Positions 12,329 through 23,775 of a stretch of 64,000 nucleotides of DNA are shown in pieces; the stretch's first letter is position 1; each line of letters starts with the position of its first letter. The DNA is from Octopus sinensis. Taxonomy: Eukaryota. The notes under the pieces are model-generated. The model was not told the DNA's origin. It did not search any database and saw only the letters and a list, made by a program, of their open reading frames with translations. The DNA is taken from the NCBI RefSeq assembly GCF_006345805.1, contig NW_021824847.1:591-64590 (forward strand). Reading direction: 5' to 3'. The translations under genes were made by a program, and so were the position numbers.

Positions 12329-12330
<2 letters not shown>
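11885..12330 (-). mobile_element. SINE A, partial
   Basis: Reverse consensus, head missing. Confidence 0.8.
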
Positions 12331-12361
<31 letters not shown>

Positions 12362-12369
<8 letters not shown>

Positions 12370-12520
12370 CAAAACTGTCCGACGAACGGGAACGTGAAAC
12401 TCCGTGTAACAGGTTTTGTTGAATTTCTGCTGCTTTTAAATAAAGCATATTACTCTACCCCTGGTATTTGAGTACTCTTTTTTCCACCTTGTTTCACATT
12501 TATGTGTTTACTCCGGTACA
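12362..12520 (+). mobile_element. Penelope-like element terminal repeat fragment
   Basis: Hammerhead motif followed by AATAAA and a T-rich tail, the usual layout of PLE pseudo-LTRs. Confidence 0.55.
12368..12420 (+). ncRNA. Minimal type I hammerhead ribozyme (CCGACGA core variant) in a Penelope-like terminal repeat
   Basis: Helix I aacaaaactgt/acag(g)ttttgtt; core CCGACGA; helix II acg-ggaa-cgt; GAAA; helix III ac/gt; GUA site at 12406-12408. Confidence 0.7.
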
Positions 12521-12538
12521 TACATACATACATATATA

Positions 12539-12935
12539 TCTTTATATATAAAAGTGAGGTTGTGTGTCTGTCTCCTACGATTTAGATTCCTAACTACTCC
12601 CACATTTTGCGGTGCAGTTTAACCAAAACCGGGTATCTTATAGTCGTGGTTCATATCGAGCCCTTCTGGGTATTAGCGCGCGTCTACGATGAGTCTACGA
12701 TTAAAAAAAAATTTACCATCATTTTTTTCCATTTTAATGCATTTTTTCGCTATTATATAAGGGAAGTAACTCTCTAAAAATGTCTACGATGAGTCAACGA
12801 TTCAAAAAAAAAATTACCATCATTTTTTTTCCATTTTTAATGCATTTTTTTGCTATTTTTTGGCTATAACTCTCTAAAAATGCATATATAATTATTTCCC
12901 TTACAAACCCGAGCAACGCCGGGTGATACTGCTAG
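12539..12935 (+). mobile_element. Non-autonomous Helitron-like element
   Basis: 5' TC, 3' hairpin cccgagcaacgccggg then CTAG, inserted between A and T without a TSD. Confidence 0.8.
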
Positions 12936-12985
12936 TATATATATATATGTATTGCTGGACGGTGAAATAAGATAGATGTAGTTAG

Positions 12986-13026
<41 letters not shown>

Positions 13027-13189
13027 TCTAATGAAAATAAAAATGCTTCCAGACACTCCAGCAATGTGAGAATGGATGCCATGTCCTCAGGTTACAAATT
13101 CTGCCGTTCCACCTCGCAGACTTAACATTCGACTTAGGTTTCCTCTGTTTATTGTTTTTGCTGCTCTTGTTATTGATGTTATTTATTAT

Positions 13190-13415
13190 ATTATCATTAT
13201 TATTATTATTATTATTATTATCATTATTATCATTGTTGTTGTTGTTGTTATTATCACATCATCATCATCGTCGTCGTCGTTGTCATCATCATTATCACCA
13301 TCATCGTCATCATCACCACCACCACCGCCGCCGCCACCACCACCACCACCACCACCACCACTACTACTACTACAACTACCACTACCACTACTACTACTAC
13401 TACTACTATTGCTGC
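13190..13415. repeat. Compound trinucleotide tract
   Basis: TAT, GTT, CAT/CGT, CAC/CCG, TAC and TGC blocks in series. Confidence 0.9.
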
Positions 13416-13486
13416 TGCTGCACCGATATACGGTATTTACTTAGGTTTCGGATTCCCGTGAATTCTTTTACCATTACACCTTTCAG

Positions 13487-13574
13487 AAAGCACCTCTTTC
13501 CAAGACTTGGAGTCCTCCCACAACTACGTGTTCGCCATTCCAAGACTTCTGAAATGGATTCCTTGTTGTTGTAG
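13487..13574 (+). CDS. Candidate terminal exon of a plus-strand gene
   Basis: Acceptor ccattacacctttcag|; (R)KHLFPRLGVLPQLRVRHSKTSEMDSLLL*; AATAAA at 13681; no homology recognised. Confidence 0.3.
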
Positions 13575-13796
13575 TTCTTATAGTAGAGAGAGTGGTTCAT
13601 CGGTTTCGTCTTCCACAGAGATTCCTCTTTGCTCATCTCAGACACTGCTTATTTTTACTGGCATGACTTGCTCAAGAACAAATAAATGGCAACAATTTAA
13701 TTAAAAACTATATTTGATACGTTACATGCCAGTTTTTCCTTATAACATTTGTAATTTCAACACAAAGTCAAAGTTCATCGTGTGTGTGTGTGTATG

Positions 13797-13885
<89 letters not shown>

Positions 13886-14320
13886 CATATATATATATAC
13901 ATATATATATTACATATATATGGATCAAAACAGTTTCTTTCAAATTCGTTGGTATTCAGAGTTTCAAGAGTGATGCTAATCTTCAGCCACTTTGAATTTG
14001 AATTCGAAATGGATGAAGATTAGAATCACGTTTGAAACTCGGAGTACAAACGAATCTGAATCAAACTGTTTTGATCCTTACGTGTAACCCCCAATAAGTG
14101 TGTTGAGTGCTCTTTTTGCGTTTGTCCACTCATTCGTGTGTGTATAATATATATATATATATATACATACATACATACATACATACATACATACATACAT
14201 GCATGCATGCATGCATGCATGCATGTATGTATGTATGTATAAACAACTAGGTGCCATATTATACCATAAAAAAATATTTAATCGCCGCTAATTGTAACTG
14301 AGGATGTCGACACATACTAT

Positions 14321-14965
14321 CATCGTTTAGCGTCCGCTTTCCATGCTAGCATGGGTTGGACGGTTCAACTGGGGTCTGGGAAGCCAGAAGGCTGCACCAG
14401 GCCCAGTCTGATCTGGCAATGTTTCTACAGCTGGATGCCCTTCCTAACGCCAACCACTCCATGAGTGTAGTGGGTGCTTTTTACGTGCCAGACGAGTCTG
14501 GCAAACGGCCACGATCGGATGGTGCTTTTTATGTGCCACCGGCACGGGGGCCAGGCGAGGCTGGCAACGGCCACGAACGGACGGTGCCTTTTACGTGCCA
14601 CCGGCACGAGGCCAGTCGGGGCGGCGCTGGCAACGGCCACGTTCGGATGGTTCTCTTACGTGCCACCAGCACTGGTATCTCAGCTGCAATTTCCATTGAT
14701 CGATTTCGATTCTGTTTCTCACTTGCCTCAACAGGTCTTCACAAGTAGAGTTTTGTGTCCCAAGAAGGGAAGGTATGCATAAGTGGACTGGCTACATCCC
14801 GTGTAGAAGGCCACGGGTTATGGTCTCACTTGTCCTGCCGGGTCTTCTCACGCACAGCATACTTCCAGAGGTCTCGGTCTCTAGTCATTTCCTCAGTGAG
14901 ACCTAAAGTTCGAAGGTCGTGCTTCACCACCTCGTCCCAGGTTTTCCTGGGTCTGCCTCTTCCAC
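14321..14965 (-). mobile_element. RTE family D 3' end
   Basis: Same ORF end (GRGRPRKTWDEVVKHDL) and UTR as 40820-41655. Confidence 0.85.
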
Positions 14966-15243
14966 AGGGAATATATATATATACACTACTAGGTAGATAG
15001 CCATTTCATGAGCGTCTCTAGGATCACTAGTCTAGACTAGTTTCGCCCATCTCCAAAGGAGTTCAAGCTCAGTACATAAAGGGCCTAATGAATTACTGCT
15101 CTTCTGATTCATTTCCCACCCCACCACTTGATAACCAGTACTGGTTTGTTTACATCCCCATAATTTAGCAGTCTGGCAAAAGAGCCCATCAGAATAAGTA
15201 CCAAACTTTAGAAAAAAAAAAAAAGAATGCCGTAAGTACTGAG

Positions 15244-15537
15244 TGGAGGCACATGGGCTAGTGGTTAGAGCAGCAGACTTGTGGTTGATGGATCGCGGGT
15301 TCGAATCTCAGACAGGGCGATGTGTGTGTTTATGAGTGAAACACCTAGGCTCCACGTGGCTCTGGCAGAAGGTAATGGCGAAACTTCTGCTGATTCTTTC
15401 GCCACAACTTTCTCTCACTCTTTCCTCCTGCATCTTGCAGCTCACCTGCGACGGATCGGCTTCCCGTCCAGGTGGGGAACCTATACGCCAAGGAAACCAG
15501 CCCTTAAGAGCTATGCATGGCTCGAGAAGGAACAAAC
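15244..15537 (+). mobile_element. SINE C variant
   Basis: Same head, different 3' body; related to 23632-23775. Confidence 0.75.
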
Positions 15538-15691
15538 AAAAACAAACATAAGTACTGAGGGTCAACTAGTTTGACTACAAGCCCTTCAAGGCAGTGCGCC
15601 ATCTAGCATGGTCCCAGTACAATGATCAAAACAAATGGAAGATAATAAAAAACAAATAAGTAAAAGATTAGATTATCATAAAAAAAAAGCT

Positions 15692-16177
15692 TTAACCCTT
15701 TAGTCATCATCATCATCCTTTAGCGTCCGTTTTCCATTCTAGCATGGGTTGGACGGTTCAACTGGGGTCTGTGAAGCCAGGCTGCATCAGGCCCAGTCTG
15801 ATCTGGCAGTGTTTATACAGCTGGATGCCCTTCCTAACGCCAACCACTCCGCGAGTGTAGTGGGTGCTTTTTACGTGCCACCCGCACAGGTGCCAGACGG
15901 AGCTGGCAAACGGCCACGGACGGATGGTGCTTTTACGTGCCACCGGCATGGGGGCCAGGCGAGGCTGGATTAATTTACCAAATTCAATGCTTATGTATTC
16001 ACACTGTTTTGAATTAATCATGCATTACCTTATAGTTTTGGGAATTCAATGGTGTGATTGTTTATTCTTAGAATGACATTGTAGGGTAGGTGTGAGAGGC
16101 CAGATCTGGCCAGTTTGAACTTAAAACAGGTAGAATATATGGGCCAGATATGGCTGGTTTAAATGCTAAAGGGTTAA
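15692..16177. mobile_element. piggyBac-like MITE, second family
   Basis: ttaaccctttag...ctaaagggttaa; carries a nested RTE UTR. Confidence 0.75.
15703..15965 (-). mobile_element. RTE family D 3' UTR fragment nested in a piggyBac-like MITE
   Basis: catcatcat...ggatgcccttcctaacgccaaccactcc. Confidence 0.8.
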
Positions 16178-16185
16178 CGAACGAT

Positions 16186-16569
16186 TGGAAGCACTCCGTC
16201 GGTTACAACGACGAGGGTTCCGGTTGATCCAAAGCAACGGAACAGCCTGCTCGTGAAATTAACGTGTAAGTGGCTGAGCACTCCACAGACACGTGTACCC
16301 TTAACGTAGTTCTCGGGGATATTCAGCGTGACACAGAGAGTGGCAAGGCCGGCCCTTTGAAATACAGGTACAACAGAAACAGGAAGTAAGAGTGAGAGAA
16401 AGTTGTGGTGAAAGAGTACAGCAGGGATCACCACCATCCCCTGCCGGAGCCTCGTGGAGCTTTAGGTGTTTTCGCTCAATAAACACTCACAACGCCCAGT
16501 CTGGGAATCGAAACCGCGATCCTATGACCGCAAGTCCGCTGCCCTAACCACTGGGCCATTGCGCCTCCA
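16186..16569 (-). mobile_element. SINE C, full length
   Basis: Reverse consensus. Confidence 0.9.
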
Positions 16570-16631
16570 CTAATGAACGATTAATTAGACAGTAAACAGA
16601 CGAACTCTCAATGTGATTAAAGCATTATACA

Positions 16632-16637
16632 TTTATT
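16632..16637 (-). promoter_or_regulatory. Polyadenylation signal of the thioredoxin-fold gene
   Basis: AATAAA on minus strand about 60 nt after the stop at 16696. Confidence 0.6.
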
Positions 16638-16695
16638 TTCAAAATAAATAACTTGCACACTGAAAGACAAACAACAACACAATGTGAAATGGTGG

Positions 16696-16824
16696 TCAGT
16701 GGAATTTGTGTTTATCATATGTTGCTTGTTTGCGACAACAGAAGACACAGAGGAGCAGCATCGTGAGAGTCAGCAGCAGAATAGTGGGTAATATAATGTA
16801 GACTTTGGTGTGGTGATCACTCTC
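16696..16824 (-). CDS. Exon 9 (terminal): TM helix and KxKxx tail
   Basis: Acceptor cgtctttcgtttcag|; ESDHHTKVYIILPTILLLTLTMLLLCVFCCRKQATYDKHKFH*; 129 nt. Confidence 0.9.
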   Translation of the reverse strand, partial: ESDHHTKVYIILPTILLLTLTMLLLCVFCCRKQATYDKHKFH

Positions 16825-16904
16825 CTGAAACGAAAGACGAAGAAGGGTTTCATTGAAAAGGCTTTCTCATTTGACTCTTCGCACACACACATACATATAT
16901 GTTT

Positions 16905-17130
16905 CTTTATTACCCACAGGGGGCTAAGCATAAAGGGGACAAACAAGGACAGACAAAGAGATTAAGTCGATTACATCGACCCCAGTGCGTAGCTGGTTCT
17001 TAATTTATCGACCCCAAAAGGATGAAAGGCAAAGTCGACCTCGGCGGAATTTGAACTCGGAACGTAACGGCAGACGAAATACGGATACGCATTTTGCCCG
17101 GTTTGCTAACGTTTCTGCCAGCTCGCCGCC
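16905..17130 (-). mobile_element. SINE B
   Basis: Reverse consensus. Confidence 0.9.
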
Positions 17131-17479
17131 TTACAAGCCCAAGTCAAACCATCCAACCCATGCCATGAATGCTAAATGATGATGATGATAATGATATCAC
17201 TATGATATCACTAACAACAGACTTTGTCTTAGCATGCAGTTGCTATGGATACTTGCTAATGATGAAGCCCGGGGAGGCAGAAATATATGTTGAGCAATAC
17301 CACTATGATTGTTCGATAAAGTTGCTACTGAGACACATTTGTGTCCTTAACACTGTACATCTATAAGAGATATTATCTGAGGGTGAAGACTGCAGTAAAT
17401 TAGGCTTTCACCGAGCTATCTGCTTTGAGTATGATACACAGATTGCTATATAATATGTGTGTGTGTGTACATATATATA

Positions 17480-18305
17480 CTCATTTTACGTTTTTACTTG
17501 TTTCAGACATTTGACTGTGGCCATACTGGAGCACTGCCTTTGGTCAAGCAAATTGACCCCGGATTTATTCTTTGTAAGCCTAGTACTTATTCTATCAGTC
17601 TCTTCTGCTGAACCGCTAAGTTATGGGGACGTAAACACACCAGCATTGGTTGTCAAGCGATGTTGGGGTGGGAGGGACAAACACAGACACACGCACATAT
17701 ATATATATATATATATACAGTAGAAGGAATAGCTAAGATTTTTTGGCTGCTATTTCTAAACTTCGGTATGTGGTAAAGCAAATCTTTGCTGAACCCTAAT
17801 TATAAAGTATTACTTAAGCTTACCATGAAATGGTCTTTTTCATGCTGAATTCTACTAGGTGAAATTACTGATTACTTCTTAATTAATTAATTTTACCCTT
17901 TGTTTTATATATATATACATATATACAACGGACTTCTTTTTTTATTTACTTTTTTTAACTGTTTCATTTCAGTCACTTGACTGCTACCATGCTGGAGCAC
18001 TTCCTTGAAGGATTTTAGTTGAACAATTTGACCCCAGGACTTATTGTCTTTACGCCTAGTATTTATTCTATTGGTCTCTTTTGCTGAACTGTCAAGTTAC
18101 AGTAATGTAAACAAACCAACAGCAGTTGTCAAGCAATGATGGAGGGACGAACACAGAAATATACACACACATATACATTTACACAATGGGCTTCTTTCAG
18201 TTTCCATCTACCAAATCCACTCACAAGGTTTTGGTCAGACCTAGGCTATAGTAGAAGACACCTGTCCCAGGTGCAACACAGTGAGACTGAACCCAGAACC
18301 AAATC
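17480..18305 (-). mobile_element. Two SINE A pieces (17480-17700, 17960-18305)
   Basis: Reverse consensus, diverged. Confidence 0.7.
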
Positions 18306-18494
18306 GTTCAGAGGTTCAAGTTTATTAGGAACTTAATTATTATCAGAAAGTGACCATTGGTTCTGCACCTATAAGGCGCTTAACCATATAGGCAACTTGC
18401 CAGACTCGGATGGCCGAATGCACCTAATCTTTCTACAACTGGAGGGAGAACATCACAATCAGTTAGTTTTGTAAACAAAAAATGTCTGTACAGG

Positions 18495-18653
18495 CGCAGG
18501 AGTGGCTGTGTGGTAAGTAGCTTGCTAACCAACCACATGGTTCCGGGTTCAGTCCCACTGCGTGACACCATGGGCAAGTGTCTTCTGCTATAGCCCCGGG
18601 CCGACCAATGCCTTGTGAGTGGATTTGGTAGACAGAAACTGAAAGAAGCCTGT

Positions 18654-18684
<31 letters not shown>

Positions 18685-18897
18685 TTGTGTGTCTGTGTTT
18701 GTCCCCCTAGCATTGCTTGACAACCGATGCTGGTGTGTTTACGTCCCCATCACTTAGCGGTTCGACAAAAAGAGACCGATAGAATAAGTATTGGGATTAC
18801 AAAGAATAAGTCCCGAGGTCGAGTTGCTCGATTAAAGGCGGTGCTCCAGCATGGCCGCAGTCAAATGACTGAAACAAGTAAAAGAGTAAAAGAGAGA
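18495..18897 (+). mobile_element. SINE A, full length with TSD
   Basis: gtacagg duplicated at 18488-18494 and 18898-18904. Confidence 0.92.
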
Positions 18898-18926
18898 GTA
18901 CAGGCTGGATAGGGTTATTCCCTTAC

Positions 18927-19016
18927 ATCGGTTCCAGCCATAATTGGAGATTCTGCCGCGGGTCTATTCAACGAATAGGAAATTCCAAGCTTGTAGTAGG
19001 ATATGCTTGTAACCTC
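18927..19016 (-). CDS. Candidate in-frame cassette exon in the last intron of the thioredoxin-fold gene
   Basis: tgtccgtgcag|gag ... gat|gtaagg; 90 nt; only phase 0-0 is open (EVTSISYYKLGISYSLNRPAAESPIMAGTD), matching the phase-0 intron. Confidence 0.35.
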
Positions 19017-19127
19017 CTGCACGGACAAATATTTTGTTTACAAAACAAACTGACCGTGACGATGGCCGGAGCCGATGCAAGGGGGATAATCCTGTCCTGC
19101 CACAGCACAGACAATTATAGTTTGTTT

Positions 19128-19550
19128 GGATCTTTTCCGTTTGAACAGCAGTTTTTTCTAGCGGTGTCATGTGAAATTGTCACCCATAATTATGACCCTA
19201 GTATCGAACTATTGCATTCCAATCTGTTTTAGGGTTAGGGTTTAGGTTAGGGTTAGGATGAAGGGTATCTTTTTTTCTTCACAAATGTAAATAAACCCAA
19301 TCTGTTTCTTAAATGAGGAACATATTCATACAGCACATAATGTTTTTTACTTCAATAGACGTCATTGATTGGTTGAATTTGCAAAATTTGAAGAAAAAAA
19401 CCAACAAATATCTTACAAACCATAGAATTTTCTCAATAAAGCCAAGAGAAAAAGATGTTTTATAAACACATTCTACCAGTATACGAAGTTTAAAATTTTT
19501 TAGTTACCGAGAAATTATGTTAAAAACTGCCAGTCAAACGGAAAAGATCC
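19128..19550. mobile_element. GGATC-ended MITE with about 30-bp TIR and 8-bp TSD (hAT-like)
   Basis: ggatcttttccgtttga / tcaaacggaaaagatcc; TSD gtttgttt / ttttgttt. Confidence 0.85.
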
Positions 19551-19780
19551 TTTTGTTTTAAAAAACCAACTGACAACAAGGTATTTCTCCCTCCAGTTTC
19601 TAGACAGGTTATACGCCTTCCACTCTTTGAGTCGGACGGATCAAGTATTACTGCAAATCCCTTTATAGGTGTGAAACCAACGGTCACTCTATGAGCGGCC
19701 ATAACTTTTAACTTCCTAAACAAAATACATTATTGGTCTTATGCTTTATCTGTTTCAAGATATATGAACTACCGACGATT

Positions 19781-20117
19781 CTATTTCTTTACTACCCATA
19801 AGGGGCTAAACACAGAGAGGACAAACAAGGACAGACAAACGGATTAAGTCGATTACATTGACCCCAGTGCGTAACTGGTACTTTATTTATCGACTCCGAA
19901 AGGATGAAAGGCAAAGTCGACCTCGGCGGAATTTGAACTCAGAACGTAACGACAGACAAAATACTTATTTCTTTACTACCCACAAGGGGCTAAACACAGA
20001 GAGGACAAACAAGGACAGACAAACGGATTAAGTCGATTATATCGACCCCAGAAGGTAACTGGTACTTTATTTATCGACCCCGAAAGGATGAAAGGCAAAG
20101 TTGACCTCGGCGGAATT
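19781..20117 (-). mobile_element. SINE B tandem (headless units)
   Basis: Two units joined at the internal restart site. Confidence 0.85.
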
Positions 20118-20514
20118 ACATGCATAAAATCACGGAAGATGAAACACAACTCATCAATACAAGCATATAAGAAAAATGTGTGAATACAGTCCATCACGGT
20201 TAAAAGTTAATGACTAATACTTTAGCGACTAAAAAAAATATATATTTTTTAAAAAACATTACATCTAGTATAATAAATACATAAAAATATAAAGAAATAT
20301 ATAAATATATAGATATATAAAAAGATATAAAAATACATATATGTAGGAAATATATAAATAAATAATATATAATATATAAGGTAAGATAAGAGTTCATCGT
20401 TTAGAAAATTTTTCGATTAAAAATTACTTTTCAAGTTAAGGGAAACCTATTGTTAAAAGTCAGTGTCCAAACAAAATAGAAACAATCACTTTATTATTGA
20501 TATATATATATATA

Positions 20515-20816
20515 CTAGCAGTATCGCCCGGCGTTGCTCGGGTTTGTAAGGGAAATAACTATATAAGCATTTTTAGAGAGTTGCTTCCCTTATATAAACC
20601 GAGCAAAAAATGCATTAAAAATGCGGAAAAATGATGGTAAATTTTTTTTTAAATCATAGACTCATCATAGACGAGCGCTAATACCCAGAAGGGCTCGATA
20701 TGAATGACAACTGTAAGATACACGCTTTTGGTTAAACTGCACCGCAAAATGTGGGAGTAGTTAGGAATCTAAATCGGAGTAGACAGACACACACACAACT
20801 TCAGTTTTATATATAA

Positions 20817-20819
<3 letters not shown>
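20515..20819 (-). mobile_element. Helitron-like element, same family
   Basis: Reverse copy with CTAG end and hairpin. Confidence 0.8.
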
Positions 20820-20864
<45 letters not shown>

Positions 20865-20907
20865 TAGGTTACATCGATAGAAAGACGTGAAGTAATACAA
20901 TACTTAC

Positions 20908-20944
20908 TTTCAATTTTTGGACTATATAATCAGTCAAAATGTCA
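20908..20944 (-). CDS. Exon 8, thioredoxin-fold membrane protein
   Basis: Acceptor tttctctattttcag|, donor aaa|gtaagt; DILTDYIVQKLK; 37 nt, phase 2-0, exactly bridges exons 7 and 9. Confidence 0.88.
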
Positions 20945-21139
20945 CTGAAAATAGAGAAAAGATATTTTAGTGCCTAAATACAATTGGTCTGCTGAGTGAA
21001 AAAACTTCAAGGGGCCTCCTATAAGCAATGTTCCCTTAGAGTTGTGGACTTGTGCATGCACTTATGTTTTGCAGCTAGGGGATGAAGGAAAACAAATGTG
21101 AACAACGATGGCGGCGGTGGCGGCGATCCTTTCTGCTGA

Positions 21140-21727
21140 AAGCACAAGGCCAGAAGTTTTTGGGGGAGGGGACTAGCTGATAACATTGACGCCAATGTTC
21201 CACTGGTACTTACTTTATCGACCCCGAAAGGATGAAAAGCAAAGTCGACCTCAGTGGAATTGAACTCAGAATGTATCAACAGATGAAATACTGCTAAGCA
21301 TTTCACCCGGCATGCTAACAACTCTGCCAGCTCACTGCCTCTTAATAATGATAATAATAATAATAATAATCTTTTCTACTGGAAGCACAAGGCCTCAAAT
21401 TTTGGGGGAAGGGGTTAAATTGATTACATTGACCCCAGTGTGTAACTGGTACTTGGTGAAATTTGAACTCAGAATGTAACAGCAGACAAAATACCTATTT
21501 CTTTATTACCCACAAGGGGCTAAACATAGAAGGGACAAGCAAGGACAAACAAACGGATTAAGTCGATTACATCGACCCCAGTGCGTAACCGGTACTTAAT
21601 TTATCGACCCTGAAAGAATGAAAGGCAAAGTCGACCTCGGCGGAATTTGAACTCAGAACGTAGCGGCAGACGAAATACCGCTAAGCATTTTGCCCGGTGT
21701 GCTAACGTTTCTGCCAGCTCGCCGCCT
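21140..21727 (-). mobile_element. SINE B multimer cluster
   Basis: Three units with mixed tails. Confidence 0.8.
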
Positions 21728-21986
21728 TTCTGCAAGTTAATTTTAGGTGGAAGGGGATAGTTAATTACATCAATACTTGATTGGTGGCTGCTTTACTGAC
21801 TCCCAAAGGGGTGAAAGACAAAGCTGACCTCAATGGAATTTGAACTCCAAACATAAAAAGCCAGATGAACTGCTGCCAGTTCAACAGCTTCACAACAACA
21901 ATAATGACACCATCACTAACAAGAACAACAACAATAACAGTAACAACATCGTAAAAACCTGGAGTAAAAGGATAAAAGAGACTCAC

Positions 21987-22112
21987 AAGGCACTTGGCTC
22001 AATAGGTACAATCTCCGCCTTAACATTTCGATGCCAGCTCTCCACAAACACTTTCATAGACTTCACGTCAAATTGTTCTGGATCATAGCGGAACAGCTTA
22101 CCATGCCGGAAG
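21987..22112 (-). CDS. Exon 7, thioredoxin-fold membrane protein
   Basis: Acceptor atctttctccag|, donor tt|gtgagt; FRHGKLFRYDPEQFDVKSMKVFVESWHRNVKAEIVPIEPSA(F); 126 nt, phase 2-2. Confidence 0.92.
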
Positions 22113-22199
22113 CTGGAGAAAGATATTTATTTGGGTTTTTATGAGAAAAAAAAAAAGAAAAAGAAAAAAAGGAGTAAAAAAAAAACAAAAAATAGAAAT

Positions 22200-22202
22200 A
22201 TG

Positions 22203-22233
<31 letters not shown>

Positions 22234-22445
22234 TTGTGTGTCTGTGTTTGTCCCCCTAGCATTGCTTGACAACCGATGCTGGTGTGTTTACGTCCCCGTC
22301 ACTTAGCGCTTCGGCAAAAGAGACCGATAGAATAAGTACTGGGCTTACAAAGAATAAGTCCCAGGGTCGATTTGCTCGACTAAAGGCGGTGCTTCAGCAT
22401 GGCCACAGTCAAAATGACTGAAGCAAGTAAAAGAGAGAAAGAGAG
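22200..22445 (+). mobile_element. SINE A, right half
   Basis: Consensus 3' half. Confidence 0.8.
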
Positions 22446-22624
22446 AGAAATAAAATAAATTAAGAATGAAGAGAAAGTGGGACTAAAAGTGACAAGTCTT
22501 GTTTTTGATCTCTTGTCCCTTTCTGCCCCCTCTGCTGCCCTGCCACACTCTAATCTTTCACCATCTGACACAATATCCACTCCCCTTATGGCCCCCTCCC
22601 CTCTCAAAATTCCTTGTCTTGCAA

Positions 22625-23330
22625 GTTACTAGCTAGCCCTGCCAGTGCTGGTGCCAAGTAAAAGAGCATCCAGTCCACACTGTGTCTGGAAGCACTCCGT
22701 CGGTTCCGACGACGAGGGTTCCGGTTGATCCGAATCAACGGAACAGCCTGCTCGTGAAATTAACGTGTAAGTGGTTGAGCACTCCACAGACACGTGTACC
22801 CTTAACGTAGTTCTCGGGGATATTCAGCGTGACACAGAGAGTGACAAGGCCGGCCCCTTGAAATACAGGTACAACAGAAACAGGAAGTAAGAGTGAGAGA
22901 AAGTTGTGGTGAAAGAGTACAGCAGGGATCACCATCATCCCCTGCCGGAGCCTCGTGGAGCTTTAGGTGTTTTCGCTCAATAAACACTCACAACGCCCGG
23001 TCTGGGAATCGAAACCGCGATCCTCCGACCGCGAGTCCGCTGCCCTAACCACTGGGCCATTGCGCCTCCACTCCAGTCCACACTATGAAGTGGTTGGCAT
23101 TTCGAAGGGCATCCAGTTGTAAAAACCCATGCCCAAACTGACCTCACCTGTGCTAGCACCATGCAAAAAGCACTCAGTCCACTATGAGGTGGCTGGTGTT
23201 AGGAAGGGCATCCAACTACAAAAACCATGTCAAAACAGACATCGTTGCCTGGGCTTGTCTTCCACGCGGCTGGCTCCTGCCAAACTGTCCAACCCATGTC
23301 AGCATAGGGGACAGACGTTAAATTAACATA
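22625..23330 (+). mobile_element. Old RTE family D UTR interrupted by SINE C
   Basis: Consensus resumes after SINE C; direct repeat ccagtccacact flanks the SINE. Confidence 0.65.
22687..23070 (-). mobile_element. SINE C, full length
   Basis: Reverse consensus with TSD ccagtccacact. Confidence 0.9.
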
Positions 23331-23520
23331 CTGAACTGTTAATCCCTACACATTTTTTACTCTCTGTTTTCATTCTCTCCCCATCTTTTTGCCTCTTAAT
23401 CCTTTCTGTTGAAGAGCATAGGCTCGAAATGTAAAAGACTTTTCCATTCTCCCCAAGGATAAAACTAATGCACCTGCTAGTTCCTATACCTGTCTTCATC
23501 TTTTGTTTTCTGTAAATTTG
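23330..23520 (+). mobile_element. Penelope-like terminal repeat fragment (same family as 3165-3385)
   Basis: ctttCTGTTGAagagcataggctcGAAAtgtaaaagac. Confidence 0.45.
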
Positions 23521-23612
<92 letters not shown>

Positions 23613-23631
23613 GTGCATAACTGTCATACAA

Positions 23632-23775
23632 TGGAGGCACATGGCCTAGTGGTTAGAGCAGCGGACTTGCGGTCGAGGGATCGCAGGTTCGAATCTCAGA
23701 CCAGGCAATGTGTGTGTTTATGAGCGAAACACCTAAGCTCCACGTGGCCCCGAGAAGGAACAAACAACTGTCATA
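23632..23775 (+). mobile_element. SINE C variant with internal deletion
   Basis: Head joined to ...cgagaaggaacaaaca. Confidence 0.7.

Noticed and set aside
17255-17335. C/D snoRNA-like ATGATGA...CTGA
   Set aside because: Antisense to the host intron, no terminal stem, no rRNA target I could recognise
18960-18985. Vault-RNA-like gacccgcgg motif
   Set aside because: Only a short match; no A/B boxes or terminator
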